From: Octopus vulgaris
Lineage: Eukaryota
Reading direction: 5' to 3'
Assembly (NCBI GenBank): GCA_951406725.2
Contig: OX597836.1
Coordinates: 17,918,001 to 17,982,000 of the forward strand
DNA length: 64,000 nucleotides
Under the pieces are notes generated by a model, which ran no database searches, was not told where the DNA came from, and worked only from the letters and a program-made list of their open reading frames with translations. A program made the position numbers and the translations under genes. Positions 45,135-61,240 of this stretch are shown piece after piece (position 1 is the first letter of the stretch; each line of letters begins with the position of its first letter).

Positions 45135-45319
45135 TAATAAGGGGTTTCAAATTTTTCGCACACTGCCAGCAATTTTGCGGAGTGGATAGGCTGATTACAT
45201 CGAACTCCACAATACAACTGGTACTTATTTTATCGACACTGATGGGATGAAAGGCAAAGTCGACCTCGGTGGCCTTTGAACTTAGAACGTGAAGACGGGC
45301 GTAATGTCAGCGTATGATG

Positions 45320-46170
45320 GTCTATTCAAAAGTGCAGAAAAAATGTTCTACCCAGCGCTTATGAAGAGAAGCGGTGTCAGTCAGAGGTAAATATATATTT
45401 GCTGTTCTCATTTGAGATATTCAAGTAGATTTGGGACCTTATACCTCCTTAACATAAGATTACAAACCCTTATCGTCATTTCTATCAGATGCTTCTTGTG
45501 CCCTTTTTGCTTTATCATTTCACCATTCCTGTTTAATTTTTTTTCTCAGAGCATTCTGCACTTTCCATTTGAGTTGGAGTTCAAGTCCTGAGAACGAAGT
45601 GTTTTGCCTAAGTTTTGTGTTTCTGAAACTAGATCATGAATTTCTGGTGATTTGTCTGAAAACCAGTCACTGGACTTAAGCGATTCAAATCCCACTGACA
45701 AACTTGCAGCCTAAAATACTTTTGTTTTGAAATCTTTCCATGGATAGTTTGGGGTCAAGATTGATACTTTCTATAGCATCGTGGAATCTTTGCAAATTGC
45801 TTGGTAATTTGAAGTTTGCAACATTTAACTTTTTGGGTACCTTCGGACCAGACTGTCGACTTTTAGACATTATCGAAAAATATATTTTCCCACGCTCTAG
45901 ACGATGGTCAGTCCATCTCTCTGTTCCTCTCATAGCCCGAGCAGTAGGGACATCTTTCATATCACAATTTCTGATCAAAACATAATCTACGAGATGCCAG
46001 TCCTTAGATCTTGGGTGTATCCAGGTGGTTTTATATTAATTTTTCTGCTTAAACAGAGTGTTGGTTACAAACAGATTTCAATCCATCAATTTGTTACGGT
46101 ACAAGACTTTAATTTCAGGGAAACCGACTATTATTTCCAGCATGTTTTGCAACCATACGGAAGCTCCTTT
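45320..46170 (-). mobile_element. RTE/BovB-like LINE, AP-endonuclease region remnant
   Basis: WIHPRSKDWHLVDYVLIR...ARAMRGTERWTDHRL motifs; stops and frameshifts. Confidence 0.75.
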
Positions 46171-46832
46171 GTTTGTGTCTAATATCAGATTAGTTTAATC
46201 CATTCGTAAAAAGAATTAATCCTTATTTCCCTTTAAAATTGTAGTGTTATTATATTTCTGTTTTCTTGTTACAAATAAGAAATCTTCAAGTAAATTTGAA
46301 GTTTATAAATTAATTAAACTTGAAAATAAATTTTGTGAACAGACTAGATATGTAGAGTTTAATCAAATAAACCAGACTTTATTAGTTTAATAATGCGAGT
46401 AAACAGAATTTAAAATAGCCAGAAACAAAAAAAAAAATGGAAATTAAAATGAAGTCTTGTTAAATAATTAAGTTTTAAGCTGCAACGAATAATAAGTAAT
46501 ATTTTAATGGACGTAGAGAATAGCTTATTTTTGTAGATCTGTTGGATAAATATATTGTAAATATATTTACGAGAAGAATATATAAATATAAACAATATTA
46601 AAATATAGAATATATTTAGGGAGATGTAGAGAGATAAGTGGGCATATATTTATGAACATACATATACACACGCACACACACACACACACACACACTCATA
46701 CAAATGTATTTATATATGTGCATCTATGTATATATATATATATCCGTATGCATATATATGTATATTTGTATGTAAGTATTATGTAAATACTCATATGCGC
46801 AAATAAATAAATACATAATTATGCATATATAC

Positions 46833-46888
<56 letters not shown>

Positions 46889-46942
46889 TCATACATTCAT
46901 GAAATTATATCTATGTACATATAAATGTGTGTGTGTATTCAA

Positions 46943-47005
<63 letters not shown>

Positions 47006-47489
47006 CACATATGTATATATTTATATTTACAGACATACATAGATACATATACATGTATATATAGATAAGCACATACACTCATGTATGTCTGAGTGTATGT
47101 ATGTGTGTATATATGTATGTATGTATGTATGTGAGTATGTATGTATAAGTATATAAATACCTGCATACAGATCAATAAGTGAATCTTCGTGGTTGTTGTT
47201 ATCGGAATTTCGACGAAGGAACTTTTTCTTTTCAAATTCCAGCTCCTTTATTGGAAGAATATAAAGAATCGAAAAAGAAGTAGCACACACGCAAAGACAC
47301 ACACACAGACAAGGCCAATGTAGGCACCCAGACACACAGACAGACAGATTAAACTCGAACACACACGCACACATACATAAACTTATTCTGTTTTGGTAAA
47401 ATGAATTGTTTCCACTTTCCGCACACCTAGTTACTTCATGTTCGTTGACGTCAGTTAAATCTACACAACACGAGTATAATATATATATA

Positions 47490-48735
47490 TAGGGGTTGGA
47501 CAAAATAATGGAAACACCTAGCATCATAGCATCATAATTTTGAAATATCTATAAAACCGTCAAAAGCTTGTTTATTTTTATGTTGTTTTTGTTTTTTACT
47601 TATTATTAGTGTTGCTTAATATGTTTTGCTAAGATTGCTGTTTCTTTTCAGATATCATCAGAAAAAGGTAATTAAAATTCATGAAAATGACAGATCTGTC
47701 GGACCTTCAAAGAGGTCAAATTGTCGGTGCTCGTATGACGGGCGCTAGCGTAACGAAAACAGCCGAAATGTTTGGTGTATCAAGAAGTAATGTCTGGAAA
47801 GTAATTACAGCCTTTGAGAAAGAGGGAAAAACCTCTTCGTCGAAACAAAACTCCGGAAGAAAATCAAAACTTTCAGATAGGGACCGTCGGACTCTTACGC
47901 AATTTTTTAGAAAGGATCACAAAAGTACAGTTCCCAACATTACTGCATAGTTTACATATCATCTCGATTTTCCACAAAAACTGTTCGCCAGGAGCTGCAC
48001 CTAACCGGATTTCACGGAAGGCTGCAATCAGAAAACTTTCAAAAACAAACGTTGCAAAGCGTTTAGAGTGGAGTGAAAACCCTACAGAATTGGTCCCTAG
48101 AGCAGTGGAAGAATGTTATTTTCTCGTACGAATCATCCTTTAACCTATTTCCGACCACCTGCCGAGTATATGTATGCAGACAGCCAAAAGAAGAATTTGA
48201 CCCAGACTGCCTACTTCAAACTGTTAAAATTGGAGGAGGATCTGTGATGATCTGGTGGTGCTATATCTTGGATATCCGTCGCTCAATGGCTTCTGTTCAC
48301 GGCAGAATTAAGAGTCAAGACATTTAAAGCATTTTATCTGAATGAAATTGAAACTATGGTTGCGGAACTGTTTCTGGAGGAAGTCGTCATCTTTCAGGAT
48401 GATAATGCACCAATTACTGAATGGTACGAAGAACATTCTAGTGAAGCTGAACATCTTATCTGACCACCACAGTCTCCAGATCTTAATATTATTGAATATT
48501 TATGGTGCATTTTAGAAAAACAAGTAAGGAGACGATATCCTCTACCATCATCACTACAAGAACTGGAGATTGTTTTAGCTAAAGAATGGACAAATATCCC
48601 TTGGAAAGAATTCAAACTTTGTACGAGTCCATACCTCGTAGAATTCAAGCTGCAATTACTGCAAAGGCGATGCTATCCTATATTAAAATAAAATTGTTTG
48701 AAATTTTAAGGTGTTTCCATTATTTTGTCCAACCC

Positions 48736-48738
<3 letters not shown>
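47490..48738 (+). mobile_element. Full-length Tc1-family DNA transposon, inactive
   Basis: 30-bp TIRs (C/T)AGGGGTTGGACAAAATAATGGAAACACCT with TA on both sides. Confidence 0.95.
47681..48680 (+). pseudogene. Tc1 transposase pseudogene
   Basis: HTH DLSDLQRGQIVGAR, SGRKSKLSDRDRR, WKNVIFSYES, FQDDNAP, SPDLNIIE; split over frames by stops and frameshifts. Confidence 0.9.
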
Positions 48739-48805
<67 letters not shown>

Positions 48806-49316
48806 ATATATGCAAATTGAGATAGGGGACATATATATGTTTACTAATATATATTATTTATTTACATCATTATGTATATGTATATTTTTATATGTATAGG
48901 AGTGTGCGTATATGCACTCATATGTATATGTATATCTCCGAAGAGGCCTTATGATATTTTTGTAAATGTCTCATTTATATCTATATATTGACCTACCATA
49001 AAAGGCTAATATTGGTAAAATGAGACATACTTATCTACATGCCCGAAACAGCAGTAATATGCAATCAATACTTATATTTATATTTAATTATACTTATATA
49101 CTCTTTTATATATATATTCTACTTATTATACAACATTACTCTTTTATGTACACTTTTTTATGTACATTCCTTTATGTACACTGATTTGTTCTGCTTTTTT
49201 ATGTTTAACCCTACAGCCTCTTATGTGGTGGTTTAATAAAGTATGTGATTGTGTATTATCTGATAATTGATATTTGATTTAGATGTATTTCTCCATTTTC
49301 TTATCTTTTATATATG

Positions 49317-49379
<63 letters not shown>

Positions 49380-49485
49380 GTGTCTCTGTGTGTGTGTGTG
49401 TTTGTGTGTGTGTATATATATATATATATAAGTATATATACATATACATATATATATATATATATGTGTGTGTGTATATGTATAC

Positions 49486-50020
<535 letters not shown>

Positions 50021-50188
50021 AGTAGAGTATAAAAGCGGTAATTGATGCTAAAGGAGGGTCAAGCAGATATTAAAACTAATGTATGTTGTCAAATATATCA
50101 TAATTTACTATTTGCACACGTTTCGTAAACATTGAGATAGCAGAAAGCCAAAACATTGGGTTTGCCTAATACTTTTGGCCAAGGCTAT
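50021..50188 (-). mobile_element. Tc1-like terminal fragment
   Basis: Minus strand TA|TAGCCTTGGCCAAAAGTATTAGGCA resembles Tc1 TIR starts. Confidence 0.4.
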
Positions 50189-50214
50189 ATATCTATATCT
50201 ATATATATATAAAT

Positions 50215-50272
<58 letters not shown>

Positions 50273-50400
50273 GTATATGTATATATGTATATACATATAT
50301 ATATTTATATTTGTCTATATATGTATATATATATGTATATATACATATGTATATATATATGTATATATACATATGTGTATATATTTATGTATATATATAT

Positions 50401-50472
<72 letters not shown>

Positions 50473-50578
50473 TGGTCTGTCTGTCTGTGTTTGTATCTCT
50501 CTCTCTCTCTCTGTCTACGTACCTACCTAACTGCCTACATCTCTCTACCTGTCTGTCAATGTGTATGTATGTATGTCA

Positions 50579-50622
<44 letters not shown>

Positions 50623-51664
50623 TTATGTATATATACGTGTGTATATTTACATACATATATGTGCACATGCCTAGAAATATATACACATATATTTGTATGT
50701 GTGTATATACATAAGCACACACACTTGAATATATTTATATAGGTATAGCTATTTGTATGAGGGTATATAACATATATTTATCCACCAGTTATCTGTTCTT
50801 AGTAACCAAACATTACGTTAATGGCTAAATTGGGAGAATTTAATAAACGCCATTTTAGAAGCTGCGTGAAGCAGAAATATTAAAATTCACTGCAAGATCA
50901 AACAACTCTACCAACAGAATTCTCTGATTTGTTTACCAGAATGTAAATTTTTATGCCAGGATTTAAAATTTACAAATTAAAATTAGGAAAGACGAAAAAA
51001 TGAAAATGATTTTCGGCATCCGAATATAATTTAAATTAGAAATTAAAGTGAAATATTATTCTCATTCTATAGAGAGAAATCTAAAATATAAGATTATTAA
51101 CTTTCGATTGCGTATAATAATTTTAGATGAAAATGCTTATAAATACATACTTAAGCATACATATATACTCCATCTTAGGAGAAGCTGCGATCAAGTATAA
51201 ACACACACAGGCACTCACGCGCACATTCAAACATACACACACACATACGCAAATAAACACACATACACACACTCTACTTTCATTCTTTCTCCTTCTCTCT
51301 CTCTTTCACATTGTCTTTCATTCTTGTATGAGATTGCGCCCAAAAATCTGCGGCCATTCTAGGGCATGGTCGATATTATCACCTTTTCAATGACCACTCT
51401 TTTGTGATTGGCATTTGTTGAAGTATAGAGCTCAATATTACTGTCCTCCTTTGGTTTTCTTCTCTAATATAAATTAGAGATAAAACCACTATTATGCAAC
51501 TCAAACAGTGATAGACATGAACCAAAACATAAATTACATATAAAATATATTTTTATAAAACTTATAACTAGATCTCAAAAAGTATAAAAATGAATAAGTA
51601 TATAATAACTAAAAAAAAAACTATGTACGTTTCATGGCTACAATTAAATTCGAAATACAATTAA

Positions 51665-52030
51665 GTTTAAATTAAAGTCGTTTGCCCTGTCATCCTCCCA
51701 AGAAATTTAAACGCACCCACACTATGCAATGGAACTTGTCTTGTGGTCAAACGAATGATGGACCATGATACCGTTTTCATTCTGAAAATTTCGCTAACCC
51801 CAACAGACCGCACCTACCCTATGCAGAGACTTCAGTTCCTTCTCAAACTCAGGTTTTCCATGACAATTAACAAAGCACAAGTTCAGTCGCTGAAAGTTGT
51901 CGAATTGGACATTCGAACATCGTGCTTTTCACACATGAATAATTCTACGTTGGTTGTTCTAGAGTCGGCCATCCACACAACTTATTTCTCTATGCTCCTG
52001 AAGGAAAAACCAAAAATGTCGTTTATAAAA
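51665..52030 (+). pseudogene. Helitron RepHel Pif1-helicase C-terminal remnant
   Basis: LKVVCPVILPRNLNAPTLCNGTCLVVK and RLQFLLKLRFSMTINKAQVQSLKVVELDIRTSCFSH motifs. Confidence 0.8.
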
Positions 52031-52167
52031 GCTGCCCTCAGTAGTTATTCATCTGCTGCAATCTTCAGGTCTACGCAAAACTGTAGCCGTTGGCAACCAG
52101 ACTTCCTGCAAGCATTTCATTGATAATTGCTCCATTTCCCTGATTGCTGTTAACACTACATCACCTT

Positions 52168-52550
52168 GTGGAGGCGCAATGGCCCAGTGGTTAGGGCAGC
52201 GGACTCGCGGTCATAGGATCGCGGTTTCGATTCCCAGACCGGGCGTTGTGAGTGTTTATTGAGCGAAAACACCTAAAGCTCCACGAGGCTCCGGCAGGGG
52301 ATGGTGGTGATCCCTGCTGTACTCTTTCACCACAACTTTCTCTCACTCTTACTTCCTGTTTCTGTTGTACCTGTATTTCAAAGGGCCGGCCTTGTCACTC
52401 TCTGTGTCACGCTGAATATCCCCGAGAACTACGTTAAGGGTACACGTGTCTGTGGAGTGCTCAGCCACTTACACGTTAATTTCACGAGCAGGCTGTTCCG
52501 TTGATTCGGATCAACCGGAACCCTCGTCGTCGTAACCGACGGAGTGCTTC
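52168..52550 (+). mobile_element. SINE family A, full length (tRNA-Arg-like head)
   Basis: A and B boxes, anticodon-like GAC-TCG-CGGTC; TSD ACATCACCTT/ACATTACCTT at 52158-52167 and 52551-52560. Confidence 0.9.
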
Positions 52551-53258
52551 ACATTACCTTCAATGACTCTTCTTACTTTACGCATGCTGTTCGCTCATAA
52601 GCATGCTCTGACATTTATTTTTATACACGCCATTATTATATTTGTGTGTTTGGTATAAATGTTTGCTTTTCTTCACCATATATGACTTTCATTAAAAAAA
52701 AGCTTCAATGTGGTTGTGTCAGGCTTTACGAGAAAAATAACCACATGATACAAAACGCATCAGGTAAGATATAGGATCCCTAATGTCTACTACAATTGCG
52801 ATCTCATTTCATGGACTTTCATTTATTAATAACTGCCAAATTTGTGTTCAAAAACTTTAATCATTATCTAAGTTGCTTAACCCCTTACCCGGCAGAAACG
52901 AATATATGCGTTTTGACCGAAATCGTTTTTTTCTATCTCTGGCGAGTTAACTCGTCAAAAGATTTTAAAAGATTAAAATTCATAATAAATAAGGTTTGAA
53001 ATATACCTCGAAATCACCATTCAAAACATAGTAAAATAAAACAATTAAAAAATATGTCTGAAAAAATACATTTATTTTCAAAATAATTGTTGGGTAAGAG
53101 GTTAATACCGGATCATAAACTGCTATCGAAAATGGTAATTATACATTTTATCTTTATCAACGTGAAACGACTTCTAACTTCGGGCTAACTCAACTAATTC
53201 AACAGGGGTGCACAATTATGTCCAAAGGACGTGCGCACCTGTTAGTATTCTATATATA

Positions 53259-53655
53259 TCTCTCTATATATAAAGCTGAAGTTGTCTGTGTATGGCAGGT
53301 TTGGTAGCCTTCAACAGACACTATCTCCTCCGAGACCTAGCGGCGCAAGTTGACCAAAATTGAGAGTATGATAGAAGAAGGCTTGCTCTTCCTTCAATAG
53401 AAGAAAAAAATCCAAATCGGACCATGTTAATGTCAAAAATTATTTACATCACAAAGGTGCTTTTTTTCTATGAAAATCCCTATTTTTTTACGAATTTTTT
53501 TACTGCTGTGTCGCCATTTTTTTAATTGTATTTCAACCAGGAAAATGTTCACTTAAAGAGAATAACAAGCTACATAATGCAAAACTTTTACTTTTCAAAA
53601 ATTCCAACTCTAAAGGATCGAAACAAACCCGAGCAACGCCGGGCGATACAGCTAG
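53259..53655 (+). mobile_element. Complete non-autonomous Helitron
   Basis: A|TC 5' end, subterminal hairpin CCCGAGCAACGCCGGG, CTAG|T 3' end, no TSD. Confidence 0.9.
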
Positions 53656-54235
53656 TAATCTAAATTTCTTTGTAAAATAAGTCTTAGCATCATTCTTCAT
53701 CGTAATATTCCACTTTTGTTGCTCTTACTGTTCTGGTTGTTGATGCAGCTTCTTTCTATATAGGCGATGATCCAAGAAATATTTCATGACAGCGGTCACA
53801 ATATTGATCACCCGCTTCTGTTAATATGTATGTAATAAACTTTGTTGTACAGTGTGGCCTCCATTTCTAGAAAGACGTTCTGGAAACGAAATAGACTTTT
53901 GTTATTTTCTTCTTAGAGCCCATGGTGTATTTGCCGACATATACACTCAGTACTATACAATTGTACTATAATGTTCTTGATTAACTGTTCATAAGGCATT
54001 GTTAGAAGTCAATACATACGCACATCCACATACATCCACGTAGACAGAAACACAAATATATATATACACACACATATGTGTGTGTATAGGTGCGTGCATA
54101 GAATCATAGTTATAACCATATATGTATATATTCTCTGGGGAACTGATTAAATGTCTCGTTTGATTAACTTCGACGTAGATTGAAATGAAATACTCATAGA
54201 AGTGAAACAGCATTAACTTTTTCTTTCTCTCTCTC

Positions 54236-54307
<72 letters not shown>

Positions 54308-54329
54308 GTATTTGAACATATGTATATAC

Positions 54330-54391
<62 letters not shown>

Positions 54392-54748
54392 ACACACACA
54401 CACATATATATGTCGTCCGTTCATTTCTGCCTCCTCTCTCTCCACCTGTCCAAGTGAAACACAAAGGCCAAAACAGCTTGGTACGACAATTGAGGATTCT
54501 TTTCCGCCGTGTCTACGTACTGAGTCGAAATGCGAACCAGGTCGACTCCACCTGTCATCCTTTCTGTGTCGGTCATTGGAGTTCATGTAATCGATTTACC
54601 CACTCGCATAAAATTGCTGGCCTAGTGCCGAATTTTATTCTTTTAGAATACTTTCTTATCAAGCCTTCTTTCCCATAGTGTCACCTCCACCCACTTGTCC
54701 TCCTACTTTACACACGCACTCACTAGCGCTGTCACAATATCTAATCTA

Positions 54749-54850
<102 letters not shown>

Positions 54851-54911
54851 GCGTGTGTGTCTGTTCATAAACATTATCTATATTTGCATATTATAACTAT
54901 GTCTATTTGCC

Positions 54912-54955
<44 letters not shown>

Positions 54956-55031
54956 CAATACAAAAAGATATTATTATGATATATGTATACATTGTATACA
55001 TACAAGTACTTATGCCTATATAATCGTGACC

Positions 55032-55062
<31 letters not shown>

Positions 55063-55089
55063 GGAGAGAGAGAGAGAGAGAGAGAGAGA

Positions 55090-55145
<56 letters not shown>

Positions 55146-55232
55146 CATATATATAGACACACACGCTATATACTCATGCAAACATATTCATATGCATATA
55201 TATGTATGTATATATATACACCCAGACGCACG

Positions 55233-55329
<97 letters not shown>

Positions 55330-55837
55330 AACAACGTATAAATGTGCAAATATGCTCCGCTGATGATTACAATGAAGAAAAATAAAAAATAGAAAAAAAA
55401 GACAAAAGTGCAGCTCCTCGATGTAGCATCTAAGGGCAACATTAAGCCATTAAACGTTACTTAATGTTAGTTTAAACATATAAACAAAAGCATGAGAACA
55501 AAGACCATTTATTGACAGCCCCGCCATTAAAAAAAAATCGAACGAAACTGTTTTAGGACTGTTGTATAAATGTGAATTGTTAAAAGGCAGAGTATTGGTG
55601 TGGTTATGTCTAGGTATGTGTTTATATGCAGAAGGCGAAGTGGTGGAGTAGAAGAGCACGGGTTATTAAGTCAATGAAAACTGATGTTTTGTTGGAGAGC
55701 ATGTGTCAAAGTCGGATGCCCTAAGGGGCAATCATGTATTGCGTAAGTATGCGGATACATGCATACACACAGGCAGACAGACAGACACACCTACGCACTC
55801 ACACACACATATGTATATATACGTATATATATGTGTG

Positions 55838-55877
<40 letters not shown>

Positions 55878-56554
55878 TATGTCTATATGTGTGTACATAT
55901 ATATAAATACATATATATAAGTATATATATATATAAGTATATATATATATATATAATTATATATATATATGTGTGTGTCTGTATGTGTGTACATGTATGT
56001 GTGTGTGTGTGTATATATATATGTATGTAAATATGCGTACTTATGTATATGCATATATTCATATATACACATACACGTACACACACACGTACACACATAC
56101 ACACACATATACATATAAATATATATACTGGGAGAAAGTTGTATTTATTATTTTATCCATTTATATAATATGCAATTATATATGTGTGCGTGTATGTTTG
56201 TATATATGTATGTGTGAATATACATACATACATATATATATATATATACATACATATATATGTATATATATATATATATATATATACATATATATATGTA
56301 CATATATGTAAATACGTATATTATGTCTATCTATATGCGTGTATATATGTGTGCATGTTTGTACGTGCCTCTGTGTGTGGTTGTGTGTGTGTATTCAGAT
56401 GTTTTTGTACTTTGTCTGTGTATGTATATGAAAAATGTTTATGATTTTTGGCTTGTGTTTCCTTTTCTGCGAATTTTACCAACATCGGATTCCAATTCTT
56501 GTTCTTAAAATGTTGAAATGTCAAGTGATAGGGAAAACAAATTTACTACTACTA

Positions 56555-56611
<57 letters not shown>

Positions 56612-56678
56612 GTACTGCTGCTGCTGCTACTACTACTTCTAATACTACTACGACAACTGCAACTACTACTGATAATAC

Positions 56679-56720
<42 letters not shown>

Positions 56721-56889
56721 TAGTAATAATAATAATAAATATTAATTTTATTATTTTAAAAAAGACTGTAATATAAACAATAATTGCAACGACAACAACA
56801 ACAGGGAGAAGGAAATAAGGAAAAAAGAAGAGAGGAGGTAGAGAAGAATAAGAATAAGAATAAAGAAGAAGAAGAAGAAAAAGAAAAAG

Positions 56890-56955
<66 letters not shown>

Positions 56956-57013
56956 AAGAAGAAGAGGAATAAAGGAGAAGAAAAAGAAAAAGTATGATAA
57001 TAATAATAATAAT

Positions 57014-57051
<38 letters not shown>

Positions 57052-57267
57052 GAAGAAGAAGAAGAAGAAGAAGAAGAAAAAGAAGAAAAAGAAGAAATAG
57101 ACGATCAAAACAATAATAGCAAAAATTACATCAACATTATAAGAAAATCCATTAACAAGCGTTTTTAGTAAAAAATAAGAGAAAATACAAGATACAAGAC
57201 TAATGCAATTTCTATAATCGATGAGACATTAACAACAACAACAAAAACAACAGCAACAACAGCAACG

Positions 57268-57319
<52 letters not shown>

Positions 57320-57340
57320 TAATAAAAACAATAATAATAA

Positions 57341-57406
<66 letters not shown>

Positions 57407-57412
57407 TAATGA

Positions 57413-57494
<82 letters not shown>

Positions 57495-57512
57495 TAAAAA
57501 AAATAATAATAA

Positions 57513-57543
<31 letters not shown>

Positions 57544-58289
57544 AAAAATAATAATAAAAAAAAAATAATAATAATAATAATAGGAAAAAACAAATTCTTT
57601 TTTTTTAAAAGAATGTGAATTGATAAAAATAAAGCAGTATTCACACGTCTTAACATCAATTTGAAGAATATTGACGAAAAATCCTATAGATTTTTTTTAA
57701 CACGGACACCAATATTTAGATAGCTAGGGGTTAAAGGTGGGGGTGAGAGGGTAATGCGGAGTGCTTGTTACGTTGTGAAGGTCATGCCTTTCTCATAATT
57801 AGTAAGATTACAAATGAATGGAAACATTCCGATCGATGAAGAGTTTCATTTATTAATTAATTAATCAATCATTTTGATGATGAGTTACTTAGTTAATTAT
57901 TTGTTTATTTTTCGAAGTCTTTGGATTTGCATGGTTTCTTGATATTGTACCAGCGATGTGAAAAGTGGAATGATGTAGTGAGGTTCATGCCTTTTTTGTG
58001 ACGATGAAAAGGAATTCAGTAAGTGGTAAACGATAAGAAAACGCGGTGAATTAGCCGAGTGGTAACAGCATCAGATTGGACACATTATTTTATTTGTTCC
58101 AGCTCTCTAGATTCTGAGTTCAAATCCCGCCGAAGTCAAGCTTACATTTCCTCCTTCATAAATAAAGAACCAATCAAACATTGCTTTCAAATTTTGGTAA
58201 CAAGGCCAGCAATTCCCGGGGAGGGGATGAATCAATTCCATCAACCTCGGGGTGCAACTGATACTTTATTTTATCGACACTGAAAGGAT

Positions 58290-59083
58290 ATTTGAAGATG
58301 ATGGAATCAAACATTCAATGATGAGGGAAAGGGTCAGAAGAAATGTTATCGCAGACTAAGGGCAATTTTCAAGACAGAGTTGAATGCAAGAAACAGGATC
58401 GAAGTGATCAATACTTTAACCATACCGTTCGTGACTTACAGTTTCAATATAATTAACTGGTCAATTACTGAAATCTGTAATCTTGAAAGAAAAATACGAA
58501 AATTGTTGATAATGCATAGAATGCACCACCCCAAGGCAGATATAGAACGACTTTACCTGCCAAGAAAAGAGGGTGGACGTGGACATTTACAACTGGAATC
58601 AACTGGATGTTAATTGGATGCCACAATTAACTGGATATTAAAAGTTATCTTAAAGCTTGAAAACAAGACTATCCCAATTGACATAAATGTATAAAGATCT
58701 TGCAATAGAAATTAGCAAAATGTGGAACCTGAAGACTAAAACTATACCTGTTGTCATAGGTGCCCTAGGAATGATAGCAAAAGGGGATGATACCTACCTA
58801 GCTTAGATACCAGGAAATCCCAAAATGGCAGAAATTCAAAAGACAGTGCTCATGGGAACTGCCCATGTCCTTACGTAAAATACTATCTATGTAATCTCAA
58901 ACTTCAAACAAACTCATGATTTCCTTATGTTTTTTAACATTCTCTAGAACAATACTATGTGCAAAACCAAATATATGATACCCTTGGCATAATACCAACT
59001 TGAAATTCTAACTTGCTGTCTCTTGAGGTCTCTGGGTCAAACTTGGAGTCAACTTGTTCAAATAAAAAGTAAAACTCAAACAT
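58290..59083 (+). mobile_element. R4/Dong-like LINE fragment with internal deletion, ending at (TAA)n
   Basis: LNARNRIEVINTL..YSFNIINW..HHPKADIERLYLPRKEGGRG; YKDLAIEISKMWNLKTKTIPVVIGALG; IQKTVLMGTAHVL. Confidence 0.85.
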
Positions 59084-59360
59084 ATAATAATAATAACAAC
59101 AACAACAACAACAGCAACAACAGCAGCAACAACAATAATAATAATAATAATAATAATATTAATAATAATAATAATAATAATAATGATGATGATGATGATG
59201 ATAATAATATTAATAATTTGAAATTTTTGGCACAAGGCCAGCAATTCTGAGTGTTAGTATCATAGTATCATCGACACTAGTACTTGCCTGGTACTCATTT
59301 TATCGATCGCATAAGAAAAATACAATAACAACAACAGTAATAATAATGATGATGATGATG

Positions 59361-59415
<55 letters not shown>

Positions 59416-60310
59416 TGATGATGAAGAAGAAGAAGAAGAAGAAGAAGAAGAAGAAGAAGAAGAAGAAGAAGAAGAAGAAGAAGAAGAAGAAAAAGAAGTA
59501 AAAGAAGAATGCTGTCAAGGGTCGCTGGTTAAGGAATTACCTCCTAGCTAAAGTATGGATTCACATCCGTCGATTTTGGAATAAAACCATTTCAAATATT
59601 ATGTAGATCAGAGAATAGAGACAGCCAGATTTCTAAATAATGTAAAAGGAAAGTATTCTCATATGTACTTTGGGGAGATAGTCAAAGCAATAACTAAAAG
59701 AACACGATATATTAAAAGGCAGTATATGCAGAAATTAACTCTATTATTCATTGCACACATTTACGGTAGTAGTTTCAATCACTACTAAACTCGAAAACAA
59801 AACTAATACAACCATTATATACACTTACGGCACACAAAGCTGTACACTTTGGTCTACTGAAAATATTAATATTAATTATTTATTTTTACATAAGAAGAAT
59901 GTTAGATATTTTAAGGGATGAAAGGTGATTATATTAAATTCATTATATGAGTGGTGCTTTGTTCTATCCGTCGCGGAAGGATGTATGGCGAATTTTATTT
60001 CGGCAAGCTTTAAGCGCAGAAAATAAAGAACCGCATTAAATATTGCCATGCATTTTGTTCAACGTTCTAATGACATGTTCGATTCTAATGCTTACTGAAC
60101 GCAAAAGCAGGAAAAGGTCTGATAGAGATAGACAACACGGATGTATGCACACACACACAGACACACACGCCCACACATACACACACACACGCCCATACAC
60201 GCACACACACATATATGTAGATAGATAGATACATACATACACATACATACATATACATATATGTGTATATATATATATAAATATACATATATATATATAT
60301 ATATACATAC

Positions 60311-60341
<31 letters not shown>

Positions 60342-60405
60342 CATATACATATATACATATATATATATATACATATACATATATATATATACATACATAC
60401 ATACA

Positions 60406-60487
<82 letters not shown>

Positions 60488-60831
60488 AAAATGAGGGAAG
60501 AATAAAATTTTAAAAGCTAATTACAGCGAGGCAAAAGTCCCAGACAATGACACAGACAGGAAGCAAATCCAGAAAACTTAAAGAAAACCAAAAAGCAAAT
60601 CGGAAGTGCATTAAAGAATAAAAGAGAAATAGAAAGAAAAGCGTCTTATTGGTTGAACATCCGGCAAGATCGGACAGGGATGCAATAAGCCAATAGCAAA
60701 TTCAACAATTGCACAAAAGCCCACCACTAAGTACGGAAACAGTTAATGTAAATTTAGCTGTACAATGTCAACAACAGAAGAACGCTTGTAGGTGGTGACA
60801 AGAATTGCTAGAAATATCAGCAACAGTACTG

Positions 60832-61240
60832 ATAGGCGCAGGAGTGACTGTGTGGTAAGTAGCTTGCAAACCAGCCACATGGTTCCGGGTTCAGTCCCAC
60901 TGCGTGGCACCTTGGGCAAGTGTCTTCTACTATAGCCTCGGGCCGACCAAAGCCTTGTGAGTGGATTTGGTAGACGGAAACTGAAAGAAGCCCGTCGTAT
61001 ATATGTATATGTATGTGTGTGTTTGTGTGTCTGTGTTTGTCCCCCTAGCATTGCTTGACAACCGATGCTGGTATGTTTATGTCCCTGTTACTTAGCAGTT
61101 CGGCGAAAGAGACCGATAGAATAAGTACTGGGCTTACAAAAGAATAAGTCCCGGGGCCAAGTTGCTCGATTAAAGGCGGTGCTCCAGCATGGCCGCAGTC
61201 AAATGACTGAAACAAATAAAAGAGTAAAAGAGTAAAGAGA
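60832..61240 (+). mobile_element. SINE family C, full length
   Basis: tRNA-like head (GGTTCAGTCCC), CORE-like CCTTGGGCAAGTGTCTT, internal microsatellite, (TAAAAGAG)n tail. Confidence 0.9.

Noticed and set aside
52168-52240. tRNA gene
   Set aside because: The tRNA-like head continues into a multicopy SINE body with TSDs and lacks a proper acceptor stem; the same holds for 61677
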